From contig CM082586.2 of NCBI GenBank assembly GCA_040954595.2, positions 12,398,314 to 12,462,313 of the forward strand: a stretch of 64,000 nt of DNA, in the 5' to 3' direction. Positions within the stretch are counted from its first letter, which is position 1; every line of letters starts with the position of its first letter. The notes beneath the pieces were generated by a model. That model was not told the DNA's origin. It saw only the letters and a program-made list of their open reading frames with translations, and made no database searches. Shown in pieces: positions 12,410 through 24,598 of the stretch. Origin of the DNA: Balanoglossus misakiensis. Lineage: Eukaryota > Animalia > Hemichordata. The position numbers and the translations under genes were made by a program.

Positions 12410-13418
12410 AGAAAGGGATAGCAGCTTAGCTCTATTCCGTTTCCAAAGTGTTTGTTCTTTTAAACTACCTGTGCATTTTTTTTATTTATTCTGATTATGC
12501 TAATATGCTAATTTGTTGGTTTGTCACATCACAATTTTTGTAGGAAACTCACCCCTGGGAATTTTTTTCAGTCACTTACATACATTCATAATCACATGAC
12601 ATTGATGATCATGGAAAATTTGACCCTTTTCCTTGTAGGACTCAACCAGTGTCCACCAAATCCGTGCCATCTGTCAACCGGCTCGAAATTCCTGCTTTGA
12701 TCTCACCTGCATATGTACTGGTTGCTACAAAGGTGATAGGTGTGAGATATGTAAGTATACAGCGCAGTCTCTTTTACCTTTTGTCTCTGATGCATTCAAA
12801 TACCGCATGTTTCCTGAGCATAGGTGTAGCCATCACCACAGCAGAGCTTGGAGAGTTCTTGACATCGAATGCAAGATTACACTCTTCCCAATCAAAATCA
12901 CTTTCGTAGCGCATAATGTCTTGATTGTCTTAGTTCAAGAAACATTATGCGCGACTGGCCAATTTTACTGCCTTTTGTCAATGCACATCCACTATGGAAA
13001 TTCTCACTCCAGGCCAGATAGTGTAAATTTGCATATGAGTCTACAGGTATGCTTGAAGTCAAGTCAAGCATTTGCAAGGAACCCTCCTCCAGTACACAGG
13101 TCTTTGATTTCATGAAGGGAAGCCCTTGCCTCACAGTCACTGCCACATGATCTATGGAGGTGTGAACAACTTGATACCAGCCTAATATAAGTTGTAGGCA
13201 CAATCACTCCACACACCCTTGCCATAATTCTGCAAGGTTTTTGCCATATCTGTACTGTAGAATGAGTAGCAAGGAATAAAATGGCGTCCTTTCTTAATTT
13301 CCAGTGCAAAACCCCTGTGATCCCAACCATGTATGAATGGTGGATTTTGCCAGCAAACATCGTGCAATTTCTATTCATGCCAGTGTGTGAACTCTTACAC
13401 AGGTGACATCTGTCAAAC

Positions 13419-14307
13419 CATAGACCCTAGAGAAAGAAGGACGAGCAACTGCGGCAAAGATCAAAGGGTTTGGGGATTATCTGTATGATGATGTTCTTTT
13501 GCATATAATTAACACCCAGGACAGTTGGACAATGACTTCCTTACTTCGGCACGTGTCGACCCCACCAGTGATGCGAAAACTTGCCACCAAACTGGCACTC
13601 CTGCATTTCAGCAGCCACTGCGTTTTTTTCTAAAATTCTAAAAGTATTACGATGTCTGTGCTAATTATTATGGTTTGGTGTTCGTCTGTCGGTTGAACGG
13701 TCATTTCTAGTGCCACAAGCTTCATTTAAAAATTGTAAACAAATCATCCATGTTTTTTGCATGTCCGACTGGGCACTCATATTTCTTGGTAACGCTAACA
13801 CTTTTCTTAATAATTTTATGTTTGTGTGAAGCATTGAAATAAAAAGTGTGGTTTAGGGGCATTTTATTTCGCAGTGCGTGAACAATAAAACAGATTTCAC
13901 GAAAACAATTTGTAAACAAACTGGGTGGATTTTCATGTGTGCGCTATGGCCGCCAGGCAACCCTCGGTACGGTTAGCTCACAGCCTTGTGAAATACCCGG
14001 ACTGTTAGACAAAAGATGCTTGTTTTGGACGCTGTCAGACTCAGAGGTGCCAAATTCCTGTTTAACTTGTCCAGATGTGTTCCATAAATGATCGCTGCGT
14101 TCAACCACGTTGCACTTTTCTCGTCTTCTGCGAGATGTTCTAAGGTGTTTGTGACAACTTCACGCAAAACGCGAGACTTTGCGTTAGTTTATACACAGTT
14201 TATTTGCAAATTGGATTATTGGGATTTACCTGGAAATAATGTATGCAAAAGAACATCATTTCAAGAAAAAACTGGAGTTGCGCGTCCTTCTTTCTCTAGT
14301 GTCCATG
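13419..14307. mobile_element. P-superfamily-like non-autonomous DNA transposon inserted in an EGF exon
   Basis: 32-bp TIRs, CATAGACCCTAGAGAAAGAAGGACGAGCAACT versus reverse-complemented CATGGACACTAGAGAAAGAAGGACGCGCAACT. The 7-bp TSD GTCAAAC is at 13412-13418 and 14308-14314. The superfamily is inferred from the CA(T/A)AG termini and the 7-8-bp TSD. Confidence 0.8.
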
Positions 14308-17300
14308 GTCAAACAAGTGAGTATATACTTTCAAGACACCCTGCAAACAAACAAGCAATCTTCATTCCGTAGATCTTTAAGCATATTTATGCATTGTAAA
14401 TTTTGATGTGAAACTTCAAATTTTATTGGTCTTGTTGCCAAACTTCTGAAGAAATGAGGATATTGTTTTGAAGGGTATTTTATCAGTAGATAACAAATAC
14501 CATGGCCCTCCATGCAAATACCCACATGGTAAATTAAAACTGTTGCAGGTGTATTTGATTTCCACATATGGATTACATGTGGGATAATATTGGGTGCTGG
14601 CAGTTTCAGTAAATGAACTGCTCTATTGCTGAGATAACAATAGGTTGCACTTTTTATTGCAGTCCAAGATCCATGCCAGCGAAACAGCTGTCTCAACGGG
14701 GCTGTATGTAATGCAGTGGCCAACTCCTGCACGGCATATACCTGTGCCTGTACTGGTTGCTATGAGGGTAACCGTTGTGAAATATGTAAGTTTCTGACGT
14801 ACCGTAAATGACAATCTTTTGGGCACTTTCTCTTCATAGCAATTGAATTGTGTGGTAACTTCTCATTTCTAAAATTTCCCCAAGAGAAAAGAAAGGAAAA
14901 GAAAACAGAAATTTCATTTGTATGTCCGTGCAATTTAGGATAGGCACGAACTTGTGAGGAAGTGTACGAAGCTGGATGTTTTCATCACTCAAATATACAA
15001 GAGTTGCCTCTTGAAGACTAGTGTCTGTAGAGATAATTGTGCATGTGAGGTAATCTCTCCTAAGGTGGTGCACACATCTGAGTATTAAGTAAAAGAGACG
15101 TCCTTAATTATCCTTACTATTTGGCTTGAAAAATCAATCTTACTAGGTGTTCTGATTAGAGAGGTGTCCATGAGGTGACTACACCTGTTACTGCCAGTAG
15201 TGTTGGACTGGGGCCATCTGTGCCGTAGGTGTGTCGAATTACTGTTTTATGACACAGCGTGGTATATAAACCCTCATTTTTGGTATTCTCAATGTGATAG
15301 ATGGACCCATACACCAATAAATGGGGTGGAAACATTACTAAGTTTCATCCTTTCAAAATTTGCTGATGTAGGGTCAAAATTGAGTGTGAGGTGCACGTTA
15401 AAAAGGAAAGCCTTCTGTATCATGTTGATGGCACATTTTTTAATTGTTCAAGATTCTTACAGAAAAATCCTAGCAATAGCATCATTATGTTATTTTAAAT
15501 GTACAGGTTTGAAACAAGGAATGAAGACATTGCTCACATATTTAAACGAAATGAACATCACAAGTACATGTACAAGTTTTTGACAAGCAGGTAATTGATA
15601 CTTTCATTTTTGTTTTGGCAGCCATTGATCAGTTATACTCTATGCCTTGTGAAAATGGTGGCACATGCGTTGCGCGAGACGGCTGTTTCCTGTTTGACTG
15701 TATGTGTACCGAATGCTTCACTGGTGCCACATGTACAATGCGTAAGTACAAACCAATATTATTTTATTCAATGCAAAACACTTGTTATGTATTATATAAT
15801 ATAAGTACGGTACACATATTAAAGCCCTGGTAACTCAAACTTTGGGCTAGCTTAATGTTATCACTATTTTTGTTTTCGGTTGCAACTGTGGTTTCTTGTC
15901 ACACTCTAAAGGATTTCACAGCATTTGGTTTTTCAAAACAGCCCTTTGGTTGTTGTCATGTATACATGTACATGACAGTGGAGTGTAGTTTGTAGATTCT
16001 GTAATTTTGACAATATCTTGACTGCACATCCCACAGCTGTCAACCAGTGTCAACCCATCCAGTGTCGGAATGGTGGAAACTGTGTGCTGACGCCCAATTG
16101 GTGTACTGAATTCACATGCTCCTGTACAAGCTGTTACTCCAGCGATTTATGTCAGACATGTGAGTGATTTTAAATTTCAGATGAAGAGGAACATAATAAC
16201 ATAACACATAATCGGCTTGCAGTTGGTTTCTTCCAACCTGTATCAAACAGTGAATAACGACACAATTTTGGGGAAATTTATTAAGAATGTGTGTGCCATA
16301 AAAGGGGATTGTGTATTTGACCAAACAACAACCTGCACCGTATGGTACACTAAGACACTATTACACCTGTGTCAAAATTTCATTACTTTTCTTTTGTTGA
16401 ACATGGAAGAAATTTGTCACAGTGATGTTCTGTTGACCAACTGAGATTTTTACCACTCAACCCTGACTGCACAAATCTGTTTAAAGTATATGTAGTAAAT
16501 ATTAACTGTACACAATTTATATCACTTTCTCTTCTGTGCACAGATTTGAATCCGTGTCAGCCCAACCCTTGTCTAAACAGTGGATTCTGCCAGCAAGTGT
16601 CCTGCACCGAGTTCAGATGCCAGAGTCCGCGCTGTTTCATCGGAACCACGTGCGCTGAACGTAAGCAAACCAGTGTCAGATTTCCCGCACAAAGTAGAAA
16701 TCGCTGGGCTTTGTCATTGATATTGTCTCAATAAAGTTGCCTGTGATTGTGCAGCTAACCAAGAGACTTATATGCACTACCGTAGCCATGATGAATATTT
16801 TCATTGACTCAAATGCTCATCAGTGTGTTGCTATTTTTCCAACCGTAAATTGAAACATCAGAAAGTTATGACATCAACTACCCCCACCCCCACCCCACCC
16901 CACCCCCAACTAGTAAATATTATAAGATGCTGTAATTATGATAAAGATGGTAGCACCAAGCTTGGATCAAGTGGTCTTCATTATCCTTCACACATGAACA
17001 TGATCACACGGATGTGCAATCTTCTGACAGTCTGCTACAGATTTCACTTCCCACTCAAGTGTGTAAGACCCTAATGTGATACTTTTCATTTCTCTCACCC
17101 TTAGCGATCAACCAGTGTCTTCTAAACCCATGTCTGAATAACGGAGTGTATCAGCCACTTCAAGGCTCCTGCTCAATCTACACCTGCAACTGTCCAACCT
17201 GCTACACTGGGCAAACATGTGTTACATGTAAGTCACAAGTTTTTAGGTCCCATTGGTATGTACCATGGTACCTTATGGGATTGGTTACGTCTGTATGTAT

Positions 17301-19654
17301 GGATGGATGGATGGATGTTTGTTCAAATGAAGATGTCATTGCCAAAATATGCAAATTAGCTGGGAAAATGTGAAATTGGTCAAAACTCAAAAACTGGACA
17401 ACCACTGGTCATATTGATTTGAAAATTGGTATGCATTAACCTTATATCAACCTCATACAATCCTGTTTGTTTTGAGCTAATATTATCGATTTTTTATGCA
17501 TTTTTTTGTATTTTTCCATGTTATTGGTAAAAAGTCTTTGAAATTTAGTATGAAGCTTCCTAATGGTTGTCTAAGTAACCATAGTTTTATTCAAATTGTT
17601 GCAAAATTTGCATATCTATAATTTTGAGCAATAGTTGCCATTTTTGGTCAAAAAATGTTTTTCTTTAAAACCTCATGCCAGATTGCTTTGCAATTTGGTA
17701 GGCATATTCGTAGGGGTAACCTAAATAATATGTTGTAAAAAAATGTGATATTTGCATAAATGTGTTATCGGGGAAACTTTTGCAATTTTTGTCAAAAATT
17801 GTTTTCTCTGAAACCGCTTGTCCTATTGCATTGAACTTTGGCAGCATGTTCCTTGTAGTGATTGAAGTAAGATATTGTACAATTTTGGTGATATTTGCAT
17901 ATTTGTGTTTTTGCCACATTTGAACAAATATTTTCTGTGAAACTGCTTGTTGGATTGCTTTGAAATTAGTTTTTTCTCTGATTGCTTTGAAATTTAGGAT
18001 ATAATTTCATAACACATACCTGTATATGTGCAACTTTTATTCAATTCTGAGATCAGAAAGATTAAATATTTAGCGAGTTTTTTGGTAAGTTTCTTTGTTT
18101 TTGGTTAGCAAATCTTCTCCTAAACAAATTGTCCAGTTATTTCTAAAGTTACTATTTACAAGGAGTTGTTACCTCAAACAAAGACATGTTTACATAACTT
18201 AAATAGGCCAGCTGTTACAGAGACCACCAGCTATCAAATTTTTATTACCAGTGGCAGGTCAGTGTGTGTCTGTTCCAGGACTGACTGAAAGAAGTTGCTT
18301 CGCATGTGTGTTTGTACAGAAAATTTTTGGTCAATTTTTTTTCTAGCACCACTTGTAAGACTGCCAGGACACATGACAGTTTATTGGGCATGTTCCTTGT
18401 TAATGTTTTTACATTCCATATTTCTACATGGTCAGATCATATCTGCTTGCAAATGTCACCTGTAATTTTTATTCTGGTGTGTCACTGTTTCCGCATAATC
18501 CTCAAATGTCATCAGATATCCGAATGTGATGAAAACAGTGTGTTTTGAGTGTTTTTTAAATGACCTTTTGGGTTAAAAGTGGCAAAAATGGCAATTTTGT
18601 CTTGAAAGGGGTCAATAAGACTGACTTTTTTGGAATTAGCACCATATTTTACATTGAATGGACTAGTCTAGGACTTTCCTTACCAAAAATTCTGTTTAAT
18701 CTTCTGTAACATGTATACTAGAATACATGTAGCTGCCTGATAGTTTGCCCTGTGTGTGTAATTGCTGAGTGACATAACGCATTATGTGATTGGTGCAGTC
18801 ACGTAACCACCAATCAGATCGCTTGTTGTAAGGAGAACTGCACGACCTTTAACCGCATTAGCATACCTGATTTTTAGGGCTCGATATTACCTCTGAGGAC
18901 GCAATATTTAAGTTGAAGTTTTTTCTTTTATCATATTAGAGCAAGAAGACTTGTTTTTTATGTAAAAGAAATAGACCCTAATATACAGAGTGCATTTTGA
19001 AACGATAGGCAGGTCCGGCCCATAGCCTAATTCTTCATTTTTCTGTCATGCGTAGGAATTGATCAGTGCTAACAACCCATGTCAAAATGGCAGCACTTGC
19101 CAACCCTAACCTCGTGTGTGGCATTGACGTGCACCTGCCAAGGATGCTATACTGGGGAGCGCTGTGAAAATTGTCAGTCAGTTTCTTTTCTCAAATTAAT
19201 CAATATGTGTGGGACTGCTATACATGTATATAAAACAGAATACTGTGATGGAAAATTCTATAACTTAATGTTTCAGTGGATATATGACTTAAAGTTAGCA
19301 GGATGCAGTGAATTCAACAGAAAGTGTAATTTCCTCTTGTGTGAGCTCTGTGCGACTGTGCCAATGAAAATCTCACCACAAACAAAAATGACAGGTATAC
19401 ACTGTATATTAGCAGCTTTGTCTCTGTAATAGCCATAGTGTTTTGAAGTTGAAAACTTGCAACGTGTGCAGTTTTATTCACACTACAAAGGAAACATTGT
19501 TGAAACGGATTATCTGTGTACATTGTCAAACTGTACACTTGTCGTGAGATTTATTCTCAATTATATTATATCATGCTACCGTCCTCAATTCTGATTGGAC
19601 GAGAGCTAAATCCAGCGATGCTAAAATACTCAATAATGCACTGCTGGCAGTGCT

Positions 19655-20858
19655 AAAACGGGCTTTCTGTTTGCCACCTGGGTTTGTTCTTTAGGTTGTT
19701 GTATGTGTTTACACTCAGCATGTTTATTGTAGAACCAGGGTCGATCAGTGAGGCAACTGCTGTTTGTTCTATTTGCACTGTTACTCGAGGCCTCCTGCCA
19801 TTTGATTGTTGTGCAGTGAAGCAGTATTCATCTCCCGAGCTGTCTTCCACTTTATGCACAGCTTTGACAGTTTCATCCTTGTCTACCCTATTTGCCTTGC
19901 CTTTTGATCGGCAGCATTTGGCAAAATGGTTATGTTTGCCACACTTCCTGCATGACTTACCTTTAGCTGGACATACTGAGTCATGTGGATAGGTGCCACC
20001 ACAATAATAACAAGTGGACGGTCCTTTCGCTGGCTGCTGATGAGCTCTCTTTTGTTTATTTGGTTTCGGGCGTTGGTGGCGCTGTTTTCTGACCGCATTC
20101 ACAGATGCCGTATCTGCACCATTATTTTGGGTTTTCTCCTCAATCCCACTAGCCTGAACCTCTGATACCTCAAATGAATGGCTGTACTCAGTATATTCTC
20201 TAGTGTCGTCTCCTCCCGAAGAGCATGACGTCTGAGACGGGCTGATGTGAATCCTCGTATGATTTGTGATTTGACCTCTTGATCCTTTTTGGTGAAGTCA
20301 TATATGTTTCTGCTAGGCGTTGCAAACAAGTGTGATAGGCATCAATATATTCGCCGTTGTTTTGTATGGTGTCTCTGAAGATGAATCGTTCGTATTCAAT
20401 GTTCCGTTTGGGTGAGAAGTACGATGTAAGCTTTAATTTGGCTGTTTCACAGCTCGTTCCTGTATCTGGTAGAGTATCAAAGAAGTCGGAAACTTCCTCA
20501 CCTGCCCAGTGCAATAGCAGTGCACGTTGTGGCTTGTCATCTGTAATGTTGAATGCGACAAATGCGTTTTCTACTCTAGCCATGTACTTTTTCCATCTCG
20601 TACTGGTGGTTGTCGGGTCTGAATGAACAGGAAAACTCGGCATTGATGGCTAGCTGATTCTCCATGTTCTCCGTCCTCGTCGCCAAATATAGAATCGTGG
20701 GTGGGCAATAATGACAACACGAGACACCAAGTCCGGCATGTAAGAGTGAGAGTGCCTAGCCTCGTTCACGCACTTTATTCATAATGACCCGAATGTTGCA
20801 TTACATCATTTTACAGAATGTATAAAGTATAGATGCTCACTAGTGTTTGGACACTACA
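19655..20858 (-). mobile_element. Gypsy 5' fragment, copy B
   Basis: ORFs 20200-20643, 20099-20329 and 19653-20102 are near-identical to copy A. PBS at 20674-20685; LTR at 20688-20858. Confidence 0.9.
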
Positions 20859-21059
20859 ATATACATGTGACTGCAGTGTCTTTCCAATCATGAATTTGCA
20901 AGCTGTCCTTCGGAGAAAATCTTCTGATTCTCTTTTCTGATTTGCTTTGCATATTTAACTTAATGATCTAATGTGTTGGAATTCCCTGTCTCAAATTTTT
21001 GATGATCAGTCTCTGCCCCATTGCTCATCGTCCCAACTTTCTTGTGTATTGAAAACCAG

Positions 21060-21182
21060 GAATCAACCAATGTGATCCCAATCTGTGCTTGAAGAGTTGT
21101 TTCTGCCAGATGACATCTGGATCATGTGAACTGTACACATGTTTCTGTCAGAATTGTTACACTGGTGACCTTTGTGAACAAA
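21060..21182 (+). pseudogene. 8-Cys EGF-like exon, copy B (open frame)
   Basis: 123 bp, AG/GT-bounded. Reads INQCDPNLCLKSCFCQMTSGSCELYTCFCQNCYTGDLCEQ. Confidence 0.85.
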
Positions 21183-24100
21183 GTAAGTTTTGATTTATTG
21201 TCTTGGGTTAATAATTTATACAGTTCAAAGTATCACCATTTCTTTCAATATGTAGATTTTTTTGTTTTTCTCTACAAGTGTAATCAAGATCTGCATGAAA
21301 ATTTGTGTCGCTGTCACCGAACCTAGCTAGTCCATACAACCAACAGTATGAATCACCACCTCATACTGGGCGTAGCCATAGGCTATACATGCCTGCCGGT
21401 ATCGAAGGCCATTATGAGTATTGGTACCAGACCCCTCTTGAGAATGAATCATGGTTCCACCCTTATGGTAAAAAGTAAGATTACTCCATGCTAATAAATG
21501 ACAATATTAGAATGAAAGTACATTCCAAGTGACTTGTTGGGAGCATCGGGCCACTTAATCCCGAAAAATTGCAATCGGCCTGATTTTCAGTTAACCAATC
21601 TAAAGCCCAACTTTTCGTGTATTTAGTTGGGTTTCTAAAACTAACAAATTTGTTGACAATATTAATGGCATGATGAACACTACTCTCATCAAATAAAATA
21701 ATGTTGTGTCGTCCAGAACTGGTGTAATTTTTATGTGTTTGGAATCGTAGACACCATTTATCTTTTAGTCAACTCTAAGTCTAATATAACAGTCGCAAAA
21801 ATTGCTATGACAAACAAAAACTGAAGTGCTGACAGGGGACACCCTTGTCAGATCCCTTTGGATGGATAACATTTAGAAAAGACATTGCCATTTTTCAAAC
21901 ATCTAGTATGTGATTATACATAGTTTTAACCCTAACGCTGCCAAGTCAGTTTGATATCCAGGGTGCCTAGAATCCTGGCTCCCAGGCCTGTTAGGCTGCC
22001 AAGGGCGTGTTACGCAGTAGGGCCTATACAAGACGTTCAAACCAAACCAGAGCAAACCAGTACGATTTAGTACATGTAAGGGGGGCTTAGACTGCCAAGT
22101 GTGTCTAAGTTATGAGAGCCATGGCAAGACAGTCAAAATACGTTTAGGGAGAAAAAATGGCAAATACATATTTTAAGGGACTTGACACTCTAAACAGGTA
22201 TGACACCTAGTAGCATTAGGGTTAAAATATAGCTGCAAGCCACAATGGTCATCTGAGGTCACCCGAAATTTGGGCAAATTTTTTTTACCCCATACTGGTC
22301 CAGGTCCATCAGAAACCAAACCTTCAGCCCTATTGGTTCGCCTGGAGTTAGGTATGCACATAATTAATGAGTTAAGCAGTTGTACAGGTGACCTCAAAAT
22401 TCGGCTTTTCATTTTAGTCCCATCCCTTGAAATGCTAAGGCTGTACCTGCTCTGGAGGCCGAGATATGAGAAAGTAGATCACCTGAGGTCACCCAAAATT
22501 TTATGGAAAAATTGGACCCCACACTTGTCCATGTCCAACAGAAACAAAACCTCTAGCCCTATTGGTAAGCCTAGAATTAGGTATGCACATAATTAATTAG
22601 GTCAAAGGTCAAGGGGTAACAAGTACATGTGTATGCTTCATCCCACCAAATATGAAGTCTGTCGGTCTAATAGTTACGTACTTATGAGCATTTATGTTAT
22701 ATATAGTTCAAAGGTCACCAAGGTCATGTGACATTGCGGCGAAATGATTTGGTCCAATAGTTGTACCTGTCCACCAAAAATCAGCTCCCTAGGTGTATTA
22801 GTTAGCGTAGAAATAGATATGTGTTTTTCAAGGTGGGTCAAAGGTCAAGGGGTCACCCGAAATTTGGCTTCTCATTTCGGCCCCTTGGTCAGTCCCTGTT
22901 CACTCCATAAATGGAGACGTGTTCTGCGCAACCGCAGTACGTGTAACCTCGTGAACTCAGATGTGCACATGCGTACAGCAGTCCCTGTTCACTCCATAAA
23001 TGGAGACGTGTTCTGCGCAACCACAGCTGGACCTGTGAAAGATCAAATCCGATCGACATATTTAGTTTCCGTATATTATACTGACCAATGCAGACTAAAT
23101 CTAATAGAATTACTACATGTAGTATATCGTGTATAATACACACGTTTGGCAATATTGCAGTTTGTGTGTTAGATGCAGACGTGTATACCCGATCTAAATT
23201 TCCGACCTACACATGTACATGTATCACTGTTCACATGTACATACACCGTAACTGCGTTCTGAAAATGACATGGTATTTTCAAAATGTTACCCCAGATTAC
23301 CCCATCATGTGAGAGCCATGAAACTCACACCCATTGTCCAGCAGTAGTTAGTTGACTATCCTATTCACTCAAAACAAAAAGAATGGGTGTGAAAAAGTCA
23401 CTAAAACAGCATTGATACAGAGGTGTATAACACTGTCCATGATTTCAAGAGAAAAACATGAACGCAGCCCAGGCAGATCGGTCACTGTATGTGGCGATAT
23501 CTTTCTAAGTATTTCACTCAACTTGTACAGACGATGCCATGCTGTCTTCTGGAATGTGCTGGTAACGTCACACATCGAAACATATTGATGATGCCCTTCC
23601 CTGCGGCTCGGGCATCATGAATATTATTAAGGTCAAAGATCACCATCCCTTGTGCAGGCAAAAGATCATGACATTGCCCTCGCTAACATGTGTTATTATT
23701 TAAATACGATGTTGTCATAGCTTTACTATGCAGGTATAGTAAAGCATATGCCTTGGTCCAGACCCCCCCCCCCCCCCATGGTCAATGAAAAAATATGAAA
23801 TATAATGATCAAAAATCTTCTTCTCAAAATCGGCATACCCTAATTTGAAAATTTCGCCCTTATATGGTCATCAGGTCACTTGACTAATTTAACATTCACG
23901 GACGTACTGCACCAGATCTCATTGGCCTGCATCATTGTGCCAAATTTGAGAATTGTAGGTTTAGCCATTTTCAAGATCATAGTGGCCGATGAAAGTGCCC
24001 AAGAAGAAGAAAAATGCCAGCAATACCAATAGGGGCCCCGCTCATAGGGGCTTGGGCCCCCAAAAACGCCAGTAATACCAATAGGGGCCCCGCCCATAGG

Positions 24101-24598
24101 GGCTTGGGCCCCTAATAAGTCAGTTGTAAAGTTATTACTGAGCTTGAATTTCACTAGCGCCTAAAAGTAAACAAAAACTGATGGTCAAAGTATCACAAGC
24201 TTTATTTTGGTTTGATGTAGGATGTAATATGCTTATAGCACACTGCCAAATTAATGTCAACCAATAAGACCGGTAGGATATGATCGAAAACCACACGTAT
24301 TAATGTGTAAAAGGCCGAACTTCCCAATAAATTTGGGTAGCCGACTACAGAGGAGTCGAACCGATGCATGAACTGAAGTATCAAGACACATGGACTATTA
24401 TTTATTGTTTCAGCAATTTGACTTAAATTTATAATTTCCTATGGCAGTTTTTGCCGACAAGAATCAATGCCCGACCAAACAAAATGGACATTTTCACATG
24501 ATCGTTACTGAGGTCACAAGTTAGCCAAGCCCTCATACACGCGCTATTCGGAAGTATCGGTGATCTGTTTATGTGTTTAGCTAAGGTGGTAAACTGTT

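Larger units (their letters stand above)
11358..19172 (+). pseudogene. Array of 8-Cys EGF-like exons (copy A)
   Basis: Phase 1-1 exons: 11358-11487 (fs), 11724-11846 (TAG), 12639-12750 (11-bp deletion), 13305-13418 (fs, MITE inserted), 14663-14785 (intact QDPCQRNSCLNGAVCNAVANSCTAYTCACTGCYEGNRCEI), 15176-15228 (remnant, TAG), 15622-15741, 16037-16159 (intact), 16544-16660, 17105-17227, 19056-19172 (fs). Confidence 0.9.
1..19435 (+). repeat. Segmental duplication copy A (period 19435 bp; left boundary lies outside the window)
   Basis: TAGTGTTTTGAAGTTGAAAACTTGC at 1 recurs at 19436. Collinear near-identity runs to ...GACTGCAC at ~16027 (A) and ~35290 (B). Paired ORFs support this (195/19653, 766/20200, 3901/23352, 13722/32142). 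16028-19435 has no counterpart in B. Confidence 0.95.

Noticed and set aside
11358-19172. Assignment to Notch, fibropellin, SVEP1 or another named gene
   Set aside because: No diagnostic domains (LNR, ankyrin, CUB, avidin, sushi) were seen and the Cys pattern differs, so no gene symbol is given.
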